Below, piece after piece: positions 1 to 9,267 of a DNA stretch of 64,000 nt. The position numbers were made by a program, and so were the translations under genes. The stretch comes from Candidatus Poribacteria bacterium (GTDB taxonomy: Bacteria; Poribacteria; WGA-4E; WGA-3G): assembly GCA_965214095.1 (NCBI GenBank), contig OZ243938.1, forward strand, positions 288,001 through 352,000, given 5' to 3'. Under the pieces are notes generated by a model. That model saw only the letters and a program-made list of their open reading frames with translations. It did not search any database and had not been told where the DNA came from. The first letter of the stretch is position 1. Each line of letters starts with the position of its first letter.

Positions 1-798
1 CCACAAAGGACTCTCTGATGGTAAGGGTTCGACCTCTGTAACATCTAATCCGGCTCCAGCAATTTTACCTTCTTGCAAGACTTCAATTAAATCATCCTCT
101 TTGACAATTGGACCGCGGGCAACGTTAATCAAATATGCTGTCGGCTGCATCGCTGACAAGTTTTCAGCATTTATCAACCCACGCGTCTCTTCAGTCAATG
201 GACATGCAATCATTACAACATCTACCCGTCCCATTGTTTCAGTGAGTTTACTCATCGGCACAAGCTCGTCAACACTATCAGGTTTTTCGGTACGATATGC
301 ATCCACACCGATGATATACATATCAAACCCATTCGCACGTTTTGCCATCTGCATGCCGATTCCACCTAAACCGACAATCCCCATCTTGAAACCTTCTATC
401 TCAATCATCGGGGATTTGCTACCACCCCATTTACGGTTATCTTGGTTCCGAGTGAAATGATGTATGCCACGTGTTAATCCGAGTAAGAGCGCAAAGGCTT
501 GGTCAGCAACGTGTGTTCCATATAGTCCAGCAGCGTTTGTCAAGATTACATTGCTTTCACGCATTGCAGGATACATATGTTTGTCCATACCTGCACTGGA
601 TGCCTGGATCCACTTGATATTTGGCACGATCGGGAAAATATCCTCACTACAAAATCCGAAGAAAATGTCCGTATCTTTACCTTCTTCTGCTATTTCCTCG
701 CGTGAACTCGACATGACATAAGTATGGTCAGATCCAATAATACTTTCTAATCGTTCTAACTGTTCACCTTCAACTCTATGTTGTAATAATATCTTCAT
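1..798 (-). CDS. D-2-hydroxyacid dehydrogenase family protein (runs off the left edge of the window)
   Basis: Manual translation from ATG at 798: MKILLQHRVEG...IKWIQASSAGMD...LTNAAG...HVADQAFALLLGLTRG...GIVGLGGIG...INVARGPIVKE...GAGLDV. Rossmann GxGxxG and the NvaRG motif are present. Absent from the ORF track because it is truncated. Confidence 0.9.
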   Translation of the reverse strand, partial: MKILLQHRVEGEQLERLESIIGSDHTYVMSSSREEIAEEGKDTDIFFGFCSEDIFPIVPNIKWIQASSAGMDKHMYPAMRESNVILTNAAGLYGTHVADQAFALLLGLTRGIHHFTRNQDNRKWGGSKSPMIEIEGFKMGIVGLGGIGMQMAKRANGFDMYIIGVDAYRTEKPDSVDELVPMSKLTETMGRVDVVMIACPLTEETRGLINAENLSAMQPTAYLINVARGPIVKEDDLIEVLQEGKIAGAGLDVTEVEPLPSESPLW

Positions 799-830
799 AT
801 ATGTCCTTTCTATCGTAAACCTTAGTTTTA

Positions 831-963
831 TAGTGAAATGTAAAAATACGTGCACGCTCCCGGTAGATGCGGTTTCCTAACCGCATCTATGAGACTGAAC
901 AGACACCGGTTCGGTTAGGAAACCGAACCTACCGTAGTGTGTAAATAATTACGATTTTTACTA
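831..963. mobile_element. MITE with TAGT...ACTA ends and TA target duplication, carrying an inverted pair of GTAG-hairpin REP-like palindromes
   Basis: ta|TAGTGAAATGTAAAAATACGTGCAC ... GTGTGTAAATAATTACGATTTTTACTA|ta. Internal GTAG-ATGCGGTTTCCTAACCGCAT and GGTTCGGTTAGGAAACCGAAC-CTAC. Ends match 44132-44453 in inverted orientation. Confidence 0.75.
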
Positions 964-981
964 TAATCAGCCACATTATAT

Positions 982-1008
982 AGGAGAGGTTAGGAGACCC
1001 CGCCTACC
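982..1008 (-). repeat. Solo degenerate REP-like palindrome
   Basis: Reverse complement reads GGTAG-GCGGGGTC-TCCT-AACCTCTCC, a degenerate version of the GTAG-GCGAGGTTTCCTAACCTCGC unit in the elements at 47390 and 51357. Confidence 0.45.
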
Positions 1009-1064
1009 GTAGAAGAATTCTCCTGATTCTTAGGTCTCATCATCAATACATGTGTGTTTGTTGT

Positions 1065-1958
1065 CTACCAAGGAGGTGTGTCGGGTAGCAATTCTTGATA
1101 CTGACTTAGCAAAGTGTCCTCATACTTACCTGCATATTGTCCGTTAAAGAATCTGTCTATTCCTTCTTCAAGGAAATGTGCCCATGATGTGTCTTCAGCT
1201 CCTGGATTGACAGGAAAAAACAGTGCATCTACGCTGCGACCGGCTTTCAAGTCACCCGGTGAATCACCGATCATCAAAACGTGGTTTTCAGCATATTTGT
1301 CTTTTGTTGTGATGGTGAGATGTTCCGTTTTTGTTCCCATCTCTTGTCCTGCGATAAGCGCGACATATTGGTCTATATTATGTTCATCCCATTCACGTTT
1401 AAGTGCTTCATCAGGTGTAGCAGATACAACTAACACATCTGCTTTGCCTTGAAGTCTTTGTAATGCTTCTCGGACACCAGGAAATGGAGGCAGGTTATAG
1501 ACAATTTCTGCAACGCTTTCGTTAACCGCAAGACTCCATTCCATGACATGACTGAACTCATCCTTTCTTACACCTGTAGCAGTATCAATTGCGTCCTGTA
1601 GTGCTGGATTGCCAAGTTTTGTTTCAGTTTCAGTCCATTCTCGCAAGTGTGGTAGTTGTGGTATGTCTAATCCCATTTTTTTAACAAGAGACATCTCTCT
1701 CAAATAATCAAAGACGAGAATGACGGCTTTAAAGCGGTTTGTGCCACGCATTGTGGAATATAGATTGACAAAATCCCATGCTTGATGTACTTGACGTGAA
1801 ATGGATGCTAAACCGAAGTATTTCACAACGTTTACGCTGAAGCAATCGTTGTGTTTTACTTCCATACTATTGAAAACACACCCATCTGAATCAATTCCAA
1901 CAAAAAAGTCGTGTTTGGGTTCAAAATCGTATAATTCTTGTTGTGGTTTTTGAGCCAT
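1065..1958 (-). CDS. HAD-superfamily hydrolase
   Basis: Motif I DSDG, motif II VVSAT, K in GTKTEH, motif IV MIGDSPGD. Start taken at MAQK after AGGAG. Confidence 0.85.
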   Translation of the reverse strand: MAQKPQQELYDFEPKHDFFVGIDSDGCVFNSMEVKHNDCFSVNVVKYFGLASISRQVHQAWDFVNLYSTMRGTNRFKAVILVFDYLREMSLVKKMGLDIPQLPHLREWTETETKLGNPALQDAIDTATGVRKDEFSHVMEWSLAVNESVAEIVYNLPPFPGVREALQRLQGKADVLVVSATPDEALKREWDEHNIDQYVALIAGQEMGTKTEHLTITTKDKYAENHVLMIGDSPGDLKAGRSVDALFFPVNPGAEDTSWAHFLEEGIDRFFNGQYAGKYEDTLLSQYQELLPDTPPW

Positions 1959-2011
1959 ATATTCTCCTAAAAAGTGTCTTAGTCTACGGCACACGCAGTG
2001 TGCCTAATACT

Positions 2012-3475
2012 TTATTCAACAACAACTTCAGGTCGGTTTTCCAGCATCCATTCTGTATGAAAAACTGTTGGGTCTCCATCTTCTCCGACTATTGTGTTTC
2101 CATCAGGATCCAATTTATGATATGTATGTGCTCCGAAATAATCGCGCATTGCTTGGATAAGGTTTGCAGAAAGTCTGTTACTGCGGTAACTATCAAAATA
2201 TGCCAATGCGGAACTGAACGCAGGTATTGGAACACCGAGTTGCGTTGCTGTGCTAATCACATTCCGCCAATGGGGTTGTGCATCCTCAATGACCTCGCGG
2301 AAATAGGAGTCAAGCAGTAGGTTAGACAGATCTGGATTGCGTTCATACGCCTCTGCAATACGATGTAGGAATTTTGCACGGATGATACATCCGCCACGCC
2401 ACCCTAAAGCAATTTTACCGAGGTCCAAATTCCAATCATATTCAGTACTTGCTTCACGCATGAGTGCGAAACCTTGTGCGTAAGAGCATATTTTTGCAGC
2501 ATAGAGTGCATCGTGGATAGCTTGAAGTGCTGCTTCTCTGTCGCCGTCGTAAGTCCCTGATGGACCGTCAATAACATCAGATGCATTCACGCGTTCATCT
2601 TTGATTGCAGAGATACAACGTGCGAAAACAGCTTCAGCGATAGTTGGTGCAGAAATTCCAAGGTCTAATGCAGAAATGCTTGTCCATTTACCTGTGCCTT
2701 TTTGTCCTGCTTTGTCCAGAACAACATCTACAAATGGCGTGCCGTTGGTATCGCGTTGTGTAAATATGTCAGCAGTGATCTCAATGAGATAGGAATTAAG
2801 TTCTCCTTGATTCCATTTGTCAAATACCTCATGCATTTCATCTGCATTCATTCCCAATATGTTTTTCATTAAGGAGTATGCTTCACAAATCAACTGCATA
2901 TCACCATATTCAATCCCGTTATGCACCATTTTGACATAATGGCCAGCACCGTTCGGTCCTATATATGAACAACATGGTGTTCCTTCAACCTGTGCGGCGA
3001 TCTTTGTAAAGATAGGTTCTACAAGCGTATATGCCTTGGATGAACCACCTGGCATCATTGCTGGTCCTTTTAAAGCACCTTCTTCACCACCAGAAATGCC
3101 TGTTCCGATAAACAGTATATCTTGTTCATCCAATTCTGTGTGTCGTCGGATAGTGTCGTTGAAATTGGAGTTACCTCCATCAATTATTAGGTCACCTTTT
3201 GAAAGGTGAGGAACAAGTAACTCAATGAATGCATCAACCGGTTCCCCTGCTTTCACCATCAATATAATTTTACGCGGTGTTTCTAACTGTTTTATAAATT
3301 CAGGTATTGAGTGGGTGCCTACAATATTTTTTCCATTTGCTGAACCTGCAATAAAATCATCAACTCGTGAAACGGTTCTGTTAAAAACCGCCACATTAAA
3401 GCCTTTGCTTTCCATATTTAATGCAAGGTTTTCACCCATCACCGCTAATCCGATGAGTCCTATGTCTGCCGCCAA
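2012..3475 (-). CDS. gnd: NADP-dependent 6-phosphogluconate dehydrogenase (decarboxylating)
   Basis: GLAVMGENLALN, NRT, GISGGEEGA, KMVHNGIEYGDMQ, QKGTGKW, QAMRDYFGAHTY. Confidence 0.98.
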   Translation of the reverse strand: MAADIGLIGLAVMGENLALNMESKGFNVAVFNRTVSRVDDFIAGSANGKNIVGTHSIPEFIKQLETPRKIILMVKAGEPVDAFIELLVPHLSKGDLIIDGGNSNFNDTIRRHTELDEQDILFIGTGISGGEEGALKGPAMMPGGSSKAYTLVEPIFTKIAAQVEGTPCCSYIGPNGAGHYVKMVHNGIEYGDMQLICEAYSLMKNILGMNADEMHEVFDKWNQGELNSYLIEITADIFTQRDTNGTPFVDVVLDKAGQKGTGKWTSISALDLGISAPTIAEAVFARCISAIKDERVNASDVIDGPSGTYDGDREAALQAIHDALYAAKICSYAQGFALMREASTEYDWNLDLGKIALGWRGGCIIRAKFLHRIAEAYERNPDLSNLLLDSYFREVIEDAQPHWRNVISTATQLGVPIPAFSSALAYFDSYRSNRLSANLIQAMRDYFGAHTYHKLDPDGNTIVGEDGDPTVFHTEWMLENRPEVVVE

Positions 3476-3511
3476 ATCTGTTTCCTCCTATAATATGTAT
3501 GAAATATGTAT

Positions 3512-3541
3512 ATCATACACTGAAATAGACGATAAAGTCAA
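3512..3541 (-). promoter_or_regulatory. sigma70-type promoter of gnd
   Basis: Minus strand TTGACT-N18-TATGAT about 37 nt upstream of the gnd start. Confidence 0.55.
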
Positions 3542-3616
3542 CAGCAAAATGGAAGATGTTGGTGCTTGAAAATGTTTAATTACATATACACTCTCATGAT
3601 TTATTGAAATTCGGTT

Positions 3617-3657
3617 AAAAAAAATCGGTTTCAAGCCTATTGGAATGAAACCGATTT
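3617..3657 (-). terminator. Intrinsic terminator downstream of the DUF1553/DUF1501 pair
   Basis: Stem AAATCGGTTTCA / TGAAACCGATTT followed on the minus strand by a T-run (A-run 3617-3624 on +). Confidence 0.6.
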
Positions 3658-3720
3658 AATAGAAATTAAGACGATATACAATGTGTGTTTCAAATTGAAA
3701 TATTAGATTGCAGTTTCTTA

Positions 3721-3832
3721 TACCATTTCTAATAGAAAACTTCGCATTCTTGTAGCACAAACTGCCAGTTTGTGTACTCCTTCAAGACATTCTTAACAAA
3801 TATTAATGGGATAAACATTCATAGAAATGGTA
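3721..3832. mobile_element. MITE, TIR TACCATTTCTA, TTA target duplication, with one REP-like hairpin
   Basis: tta|TACCATTTCTA ... TAGAAATGGTA|tta. Internal GTAG-CACAAACTG-C-CAGTTTGTG. Confidence 0.75.
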
Positions 3833-3864
3833 TTACTTTCAAATAACATCTCAAATTGGTTTGT

Positions 3865-5358
3865 CTAACTCATTACCTGCCAAATCGGTTCTGCCCCTTC
3901 AACTCCTACGAGTTTTTGATCTAATCCACTATGGAAATAAGTGAGATGATTCGGATCTATTCCGAGTTGATGTAGGATTGTTGCGTGCAGATGTCTGACA
4001 TGAAACGGGTTTTTGACTGCAACACTACCGAGTTCATCAGTTTCGCCAATACTGATTCCACCCTTGATACCTCCGCCTGCCATCCACATCGTGAAGCCAT
4101 ACGAGTTGTGGTCACGACCTGTGCCTTTAGCATATTCTGCAGTTGGTTGACGTCCGAACTCACCACCCCACACAACAAGCGTTTCGTCCAGTAAACCGCG
4201 TTGTTTAAGATCTCTTAGAAGTCCCGCTATCGGTTTATCTGTAGCCTTAGCATGCTTGTTATGATTTCGTTCAATGTCACCGTGTGCGTCCCAATTGGCA
4301 TCATTATGGGCACCGCCAGAGTAAAGTTGAATGAATCGTACACCGCGCTCAACCAATCGTCTTGCTAAAAGACATTTTGTGCCATATTCCTCTGTTTCTT
4401 TTTCATTGATTCCATAAAGTGCTTTGATGTGTTCAGGTTCGCTGTCTAATTCAACAGCTTCGGGTGCTGCAGATTGCATCTTAAATGCTAACTCATAACT
4501 TGCAATTCGAGCCGCGAGATCGGTGTTATCAGTCCGTTTTGATAAATGTGCGGTGTTAAATTTGTGCAGATAATCAAGTAACCGTCGTTGTTCACTTTGG
4601 CTAACGTCGTTAGGACGTTCCAAATTAAGGATCGGTGCTCCTTCTGAACGAAAAACTGTTCCTTGGAAGACTGCAGGCATATACCCGCTACTCCAATTTT
4701 TCGCACCGCTGATTGGACCGCCTGTCCGGTCAAGCATTACAACATAACCGGGAAGGTTCTCGTTCTCACTACCAAGTCCATAATTTACCCAAGATCCCAA
4801 CGATGGATGTCCGCTTAACACTCGCCCTGCGTTCATCATTAGCATTGCTGAACCATGCAGAGGTGAGTCAGCAGTCATAGATTTGATGAATGCAATATCA
4901 TCAACACAAGTTGCAATATTTGGAAAGAGTCCAGAAACCCACTGTCCCGATTCCCCGTACTGTTTGAAACTCCATTTGGGACCGACTATGCGTCCTTGCG
5001 ATCTTTCACCACCACGTCCTTTTGTCTTGACTTGGACGGTTTTATCGTTTAGTTCAAATAATTTCGGTTTATAGTCAAATGTATCTACATGGCTTGGACC
5101 GCCATACATGAATAGGAAAATCACATGTTTTGCCTTTGGTGTGAAGTGTGATGGTTTTGGCGCAAGCGGGTTTTCATAGGGGGTAGCACCGTCTTCAGCG
5201 AACACCTGTGAGTTGAGAAAACCGTCAGAAGATAAGATGCTTGTCAGGGCAAGCGATGCGAAACCACCCGCAATATTCCCAATAAATTCTCTACGGGTTT
5301 CACCACAAAAATTCGATGTTGACTTTGTTTCTCTATTAATCTTAGAACGATTGTCCAT
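3865..5358 (-). CDS. DUF1501 family protein (Tat-exported, sulfatase/alkaline-phosphatase-like fold)
   Basis: TRREF Tat-like signal; IFLFMYGGPSHVDTFDYKP, LARRLVERGVRF, WDAH, WGGEFGR, WMAGGG motifs. Confidence 0.9.
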   Translation of the reverse strand: MDNRSKINRETKSTSNFCGETRREFIGNIAGGFASLALTSILSSDGFLNSQVFAEDGATPYENPLAPKPSHFTPKAKHVIFLFMYGGPSHVDTFDYKPKLFELNDKTVQVKTKGRGGERSQGRIVGPKWSFKQYGESGQWVSGLFPNIATCVDDIAFIKSMTADSPLHGSAMLMMNAGRVLSGHPSLGSWVNYGLGSENENLPGYVVMLDRTGGPISGAKNWSSGYMPAVFQGTVFRSEGAPILNLERPNDVSQSEQRRLLDYLHKFNTAHLSKRTDNTDLAARIASYELAFKMQSAAPEAVELDSEPEHIKALYGINEKETEEYGTKCLLARRLVERGVRFIQLYSGGAHNDANWDAHGDIERNHNKHAKATDKPIAGLLRDLKQRGLLDETLVVWGGEFGRQPTAEYAKGTGRDHNSYGFTMWMAGGGIKGGISIGETDELGSVAVKNPFHVRHLHATILHQLGIDPNHLTYFHSGLDQKLVGVEGAEPIWQVMS

Positions 5359-5393
5359 ATATTCTCGTCTCCAATCTTAGATTCTATATATTA

Positions 5394-5519
5394 TACCATT
5401 TCTAAATGATAATTTACCATTATAGAGACACGCGTTCGTAGTCGCGCAATTCATTGCGCCTCTTACATTCACAAAACCTCGTAACTCTTCTAATGCGACT
5501 TTATTTTTTAGAATTGGTA
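5394..5519. mobile_element. MITE (TACCATTTCTA family) with REP-like hairpin
   Basis: tta|TACCATTTCTAA ... TTAGAATTGGTA|cta. Internal CGTAGTCGCGCAATTCATTGCGCCTCTTACATTCA is identical to the copy at 35491-35625. Confidence 0.75.
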
Positions 5520-5542
5520 CTATAAATGTGAAACAGATCATA

Positions 5543-8440
5543 TTAATCAATATAGATTAACTCGTTAAAATTCAATGCGAGTAACGCAAATCGAGTAAGT
5601 GCAATTTCTTGGCTCACGTTCTCATGCTGCTGGAGTTCCTGTATGAATTTCAAAGAACGTTCAATCTCAGCTGGTTTGGGTTCACGACATAATACAAGTT
5701 GAAGTCCGAATTGCACACGGTCTTGTTCCGTCATTCCTCCTTCCCAACGCATTCTGTTTGCAAATGCAAGTGCTTGGTCATTGATAAACTTTCCATTGAG
5801 CATCGTAAGCGATTGCGTTGGTACAGTTGTCGAAAAACGAACAGGACATGTCGAATCGGTGTTCGCTTGGTCAAATTGGTTCAGAATTGGTACAAGCAAC
5901 GAACGCTTAACCTTCACATAAACACTACGCCTGTTCGCCTCATCAGGGAGTGACTTTCCCCAAACAGCCCCAGGTCTTGAGGACGTTTCCAACACTTCTT
6001 TCGGTACTTCAGGAAAGACACTCGGTCCTCCCATCTTCAAGTTCAATTTCCCTGTAATCCAAAGCACTGTATCCCGTATTTCCTCCGCAGCCAAGCGGCG
6101 CATATTAAATCGCCAAAAAAGTTCATTGTTTGCATCCTGCTGAATATATTTTGTGTTGCTCTGCGAGGACATACGATATGTGTTGGAAGTCATTATCAAC
6201 TTGTGCATCTTTTTCAATCGCCATCCAGACTCGATAAATTCTGACGCAAGCCAGTCGAGGAGTTCAGGATGTGTCGGTGGTGTTCCTAACTTTCCAAAGT
6301 CGTTTGTTGACCGAATAATCCCGCGTCCGAAGTGGTATTGCCAGATACGATTGACAATTACACGGGCAGTCAATGGGTTCTCTGCACTTGCTATCCATTC
6401 AGCAAAGATGCGACGTTTTCCAGAAGATTTTGCAGCCTGTGGCGTGGATGATATGTCAACTATAGGCGGATTTAGCACTGTAGGAAATGCAGGTTGAACC
6501 TCGCGTCCAACAAGGTGTGGATTACCACGTCGAAGAATGTGTGTTGGTGTCTGCTCACTCTCTGAAATTGTCAAAGCATAATGTTCGTAGGGTATACGCT
6601 GACGACGTTTATCGTCTCGTTGTTTTTTTATCTCGTTATAATTATCCACCAAGGTCTTTAGATGCGCGTTGTTGTTTATACTTTCGGTGTGTGTTTTTAG
6701 TAAATTGTCAAAATTGATTGCCGTGTTTGTTGAAAGGGGTTGTTTCTCAAGGTTTGGTCCTGACCAAAAAACTGCAAGTTGTGGATTATCTAATTCTTTG
6801 TTGAAATACTCAAGACGAAACGACGATTCACCTTGTGGGAGAGTAATTTCTACATCTCGTTCACCAATAAGATCAGCGATTTTAAAACCGTTTAGAATTA
6901 GTCTACACTCACCCTGAAGAATTATGTGAAAAGTATATGTTGCATCTTCTTGAACTTGTAATTTTCCCTCAAAAACTAAGCCAATGTTCTTTTTTCGACT
7001 CGCTGGTGCAAGTGAGATAAGATTGTTGAATAGTTTGCCTTCAGCGGATGGTACAATGACATCAAAATCATTTGGAAACTGATCGTACGTATCACGATAG
7101 AAGCGATATGATAAATCACGAATTGGGGATGTTCCTATGTCTGGTGCTATGGGGTCTGGATGGATTTTTGCGAGTTCAATTTTGATGTTTTCTTTAATCG
7201 GAAAAAGTTTATCTTGAAATCTTTGTTCTGCAAGTCGTTTGTCAGCGAGTTTTCTATTACGGTCAGCCTGTTGTTCTGGTGAACCAATATCGGTAAACGG
7301 TCCACGGTTATGAGGGACAATGTCATGAAAAAACGAGAGAAAACTGTAATAATCTTGCGTTGAAATCGGATCAATTTTATGGTCATGGCAACGCGCACAT
7401 CCAATTGTCATACCAAGCATCACCTGGCCCGTTGTTGAGACAATATCATCAAGATAATCGTACCGAGCGAGTTTACGATCTGCAGGTTCATCATCCCAAA
7501 CGCCAAGTCGATGATAGCCAGTTGCAATGATTGTCTCTGTTGATACGGTATCAAGTTCATCACCTGCCAATTGTTCTTTGATAAATTCATCATAAGGCTT
7601 ATCATTATTAAATGCATTTATGACATAATCTCTGTATCGCCAGACGTATGGTTTGTCTGAATCACGCTCATAACCATTTGTTTCTGCGTACCGAACAAGA
7701 TCCAGCCAATGTCGTCCCCATTTTTCACCATATCGTGGTGACTTCAGCAGTTTATCGATGAGTTTTTCATAAGCGTCAGGTGATGTATTATTTAGAAAAG
7801 CATCTACTGATTCTGGTGAGGGTGGTAATCCAGTGAGATCGTAGTAAAGTCTCCGAATAAGTGTCAGTTTGCTTGCGGGTGGGGCAGGTTTAAAACCTTG
7901 TTCCTCCAATTTTTCCAAAATGAAGGCATCAATTGGATTTCTGATCCAATCCTTAGAATGTACCGATGGTACTTCAGGTCGTTTTACAGGACGATATGCC
8001 CAATAATCAGATTCGGTCTGAAGCTTTAGCTCAGTAACACTTACATTCGCAGGATAGGGAAGTCCAATGTTGATCCATTTTGTTAAAATCTCAAGCGAGG
8101 ATTCGTCTAATTTACCTTCCGGAGGCATTAGGGCAGTATCTTGACCTACACCTATCATCTCTAGCAAGAAACTATCTGTAGGATTTTCTAACGATACAGC
8201 AGGTCCATAATGCCCGCCTTCAAGGATCTTTTCCCGACTCGTTAATTCAAGTCCGCCCTGTACTTCAACATCACCACCATGGCATTGGAAACAGTTTTTC
8301 GTCAGAATTGGCTTTACTTGAGTGTTATAAAATTCAATCTTTTCTTCATCACTCAGTTTATTTGCATAGCCGATATTTATAAAGCTTAACAATACCAAAA
8401 TTACGAGAACACGAAAACAGAAAGAATAGAAAGGTTGCAT
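5543..8440 (-). CDS. DUF1549/DUF1553 (PSD1) and planctomycete cytochrome c domain protein with a PA14-like insert
   Basis: Signal peptide; heme motifs CFQCH and CARCHDHK; NPIDAFI, RHWLDLVRYAET, NRIWQYHFGRG, HPELLDWLA, RRLAAEEIRD. Confidence 0.9.
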   Translation of the reverse strand: MQPFYSFCFRVLVILVLLSFINIGYANKLSDEEKIEFYNTQVKPILTKNCFQCHGGDVEVQGGLELTSREKILEGGHYGPAVSLENPTDSFLLEMIGVGQDTALMPPEGKLDESSLEILTKWINIGLPYPANVSVTELKLQTESDYWAYRPVKRPEVPSVHSKDWIRNPIDAFILEKLEEQGFKPAPPASKLTLIRRLYYDLTGLPPSPESVDAFLNNTSPDAYEKLIDKLLKSPRYGEKWGRHWLDLVRYAETNGYERDSDKPYVWRYRDYVINAFNNDKPYDEFIKEQLAGDELDTVSTETIIATGYHRLGVWDDEPADRKLARYDYLDDIVSTTGQVMLGMTIGCARCHDHKIDPISTQDYYSFLSFFHDIVPHNRGPFTDIGSPEQQADRNRKLADKRLAEQRFQDKLFPIKENIKIELAKIHPDPIAPDIGTSPIRDLSYRFYRDTYDQFPNDFDVIVPSAEGKLFNNLISLAPASRKKNIGLVFEGKLQVQEDATYTFHIILQGECRLILNGFKIADLIGERDVEITLPQGESSFRLEYFNKELDNPQLAVFWSGPNLEKQPLSTNTAINFDNLLKTHTESINNNAHLKTLVDNYNEIKKQRDDKRRQRIPYEHYALTISESEQTPTHILRRGNPHLVGREVQPAFPTVLNPPIVDISSTPQAAKSSGKRRIFAEWIASAENPLTARVIVNRIWQYHFGRGIIRSTNDFGKLGTPPTHPELLDWLASEFIESGWRLKKMHKLIMTSNTYRMSSQSNTKYIQQDANNELFWRFNMRRLAAEEIRDTVLWITGKLNLKMGGPSVFPEVPKEVLETSSRPGAVWGKSLPDEANRRSVYVKVKRSLLVPILNQFDQANTDSTCPVRFSTTVPTQSLTMLNGKFINDQALAFANRMRWEGGMTEQDRVQFGLQLVLCREPKPAEIERSLKFIQELQQHENVSQEIALTRFALLALNFNELIYID

Positions 8441-8590
8441 AGTTGCTCCTTTCGCACTGTGAAATTTACATCAAACACCAATGCTTGAGTATGGCAATAC
8501 CTTATGAATGGCAAAAATTTCATAATCAATTTTACAATAATAACATATTTCAGGAATAGATATCTACAAAAAAATCTGTTTTTAAGTGTC

Positions 8591-9055
8591 TCACTTCTCA
8601 CTTTCTACTTTATTCATTATATATCCGAGATTGATAAAGACTAATTTTGAACAAGTGACTTCATATTTTGCGTTTTCACATAAGAAATAAAAATCCCAAA
8701 AGATATCTTGCTCATACGGTTCGGGAGCAGACATTGTAAGTGCATTGCTAATACCCCAATCTGGTCCTCCCAATCCACTTTCATCTCGTTCATGAATGAT
8801 TTCAAAAGATTTAACATCTATGAATTCAACTTGTACCAATTGGTTATGATCTTTTCCATAAGGGTATGCATTGACAGTGAGAATAATTGTCATATCAGCT
8901 TTACGAATCCCACTTGCTTCACCATTTTCATTGAATCCTTTGTAGTTTTCAAACTTAATGTCGATTCCCTCAACATACCCATCGTGAAAACTATTGAAAT
9001 ATTTTAATGCCTTTTCAACTTCCTCATGAGTCTGTGGTTCAAATCTTTCGTTCAT
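8591..9055 (-). CDS. Hypothetical protein
   Basis: 154-aa ORF with a GGAGG Shine-Dalgarno upstream. No family recognised. Confidence 0.65.
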   Translation of the reverse strand: MNERFEPQTHEEVEKALKYFNSFHDGYVEGIDIKFENYKGFNENGEASGIRKADMTIILTVNAYPYGKDHNQLVQVEFIDVKSFEIIHERDESGLGGPDWGISNALTMSAPEPYEQDIFWDFYFLCENAKYEVTCSKLVFINLGYIMNKVESEK

Positions 9056-9267
9056 AATTCACCTCCAAAGTATATCTTATTTTTTAATATTTACATATAT
9101 ACGTTGCGTCGGATGCACTTTTTGATATATGACATCATGATTTATGAATAAATACATAATGTGGGTTTGTAATCTGGATTAAACACCGAACATAAATACA
9201 CGTCATAATATAGTATCAAATCTAACAACTCTCCGCATGAAATTTAATCGCGGAAAGGATTCTTACC

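Noticed and set aside
101-721. Plus-strand ORFs 101-460 and 464-721, and the many short antisense ORFs in the track
   Set aside because: Shadows of well-supported opposite-strand genes, here the dehydrogenase at 1-798.
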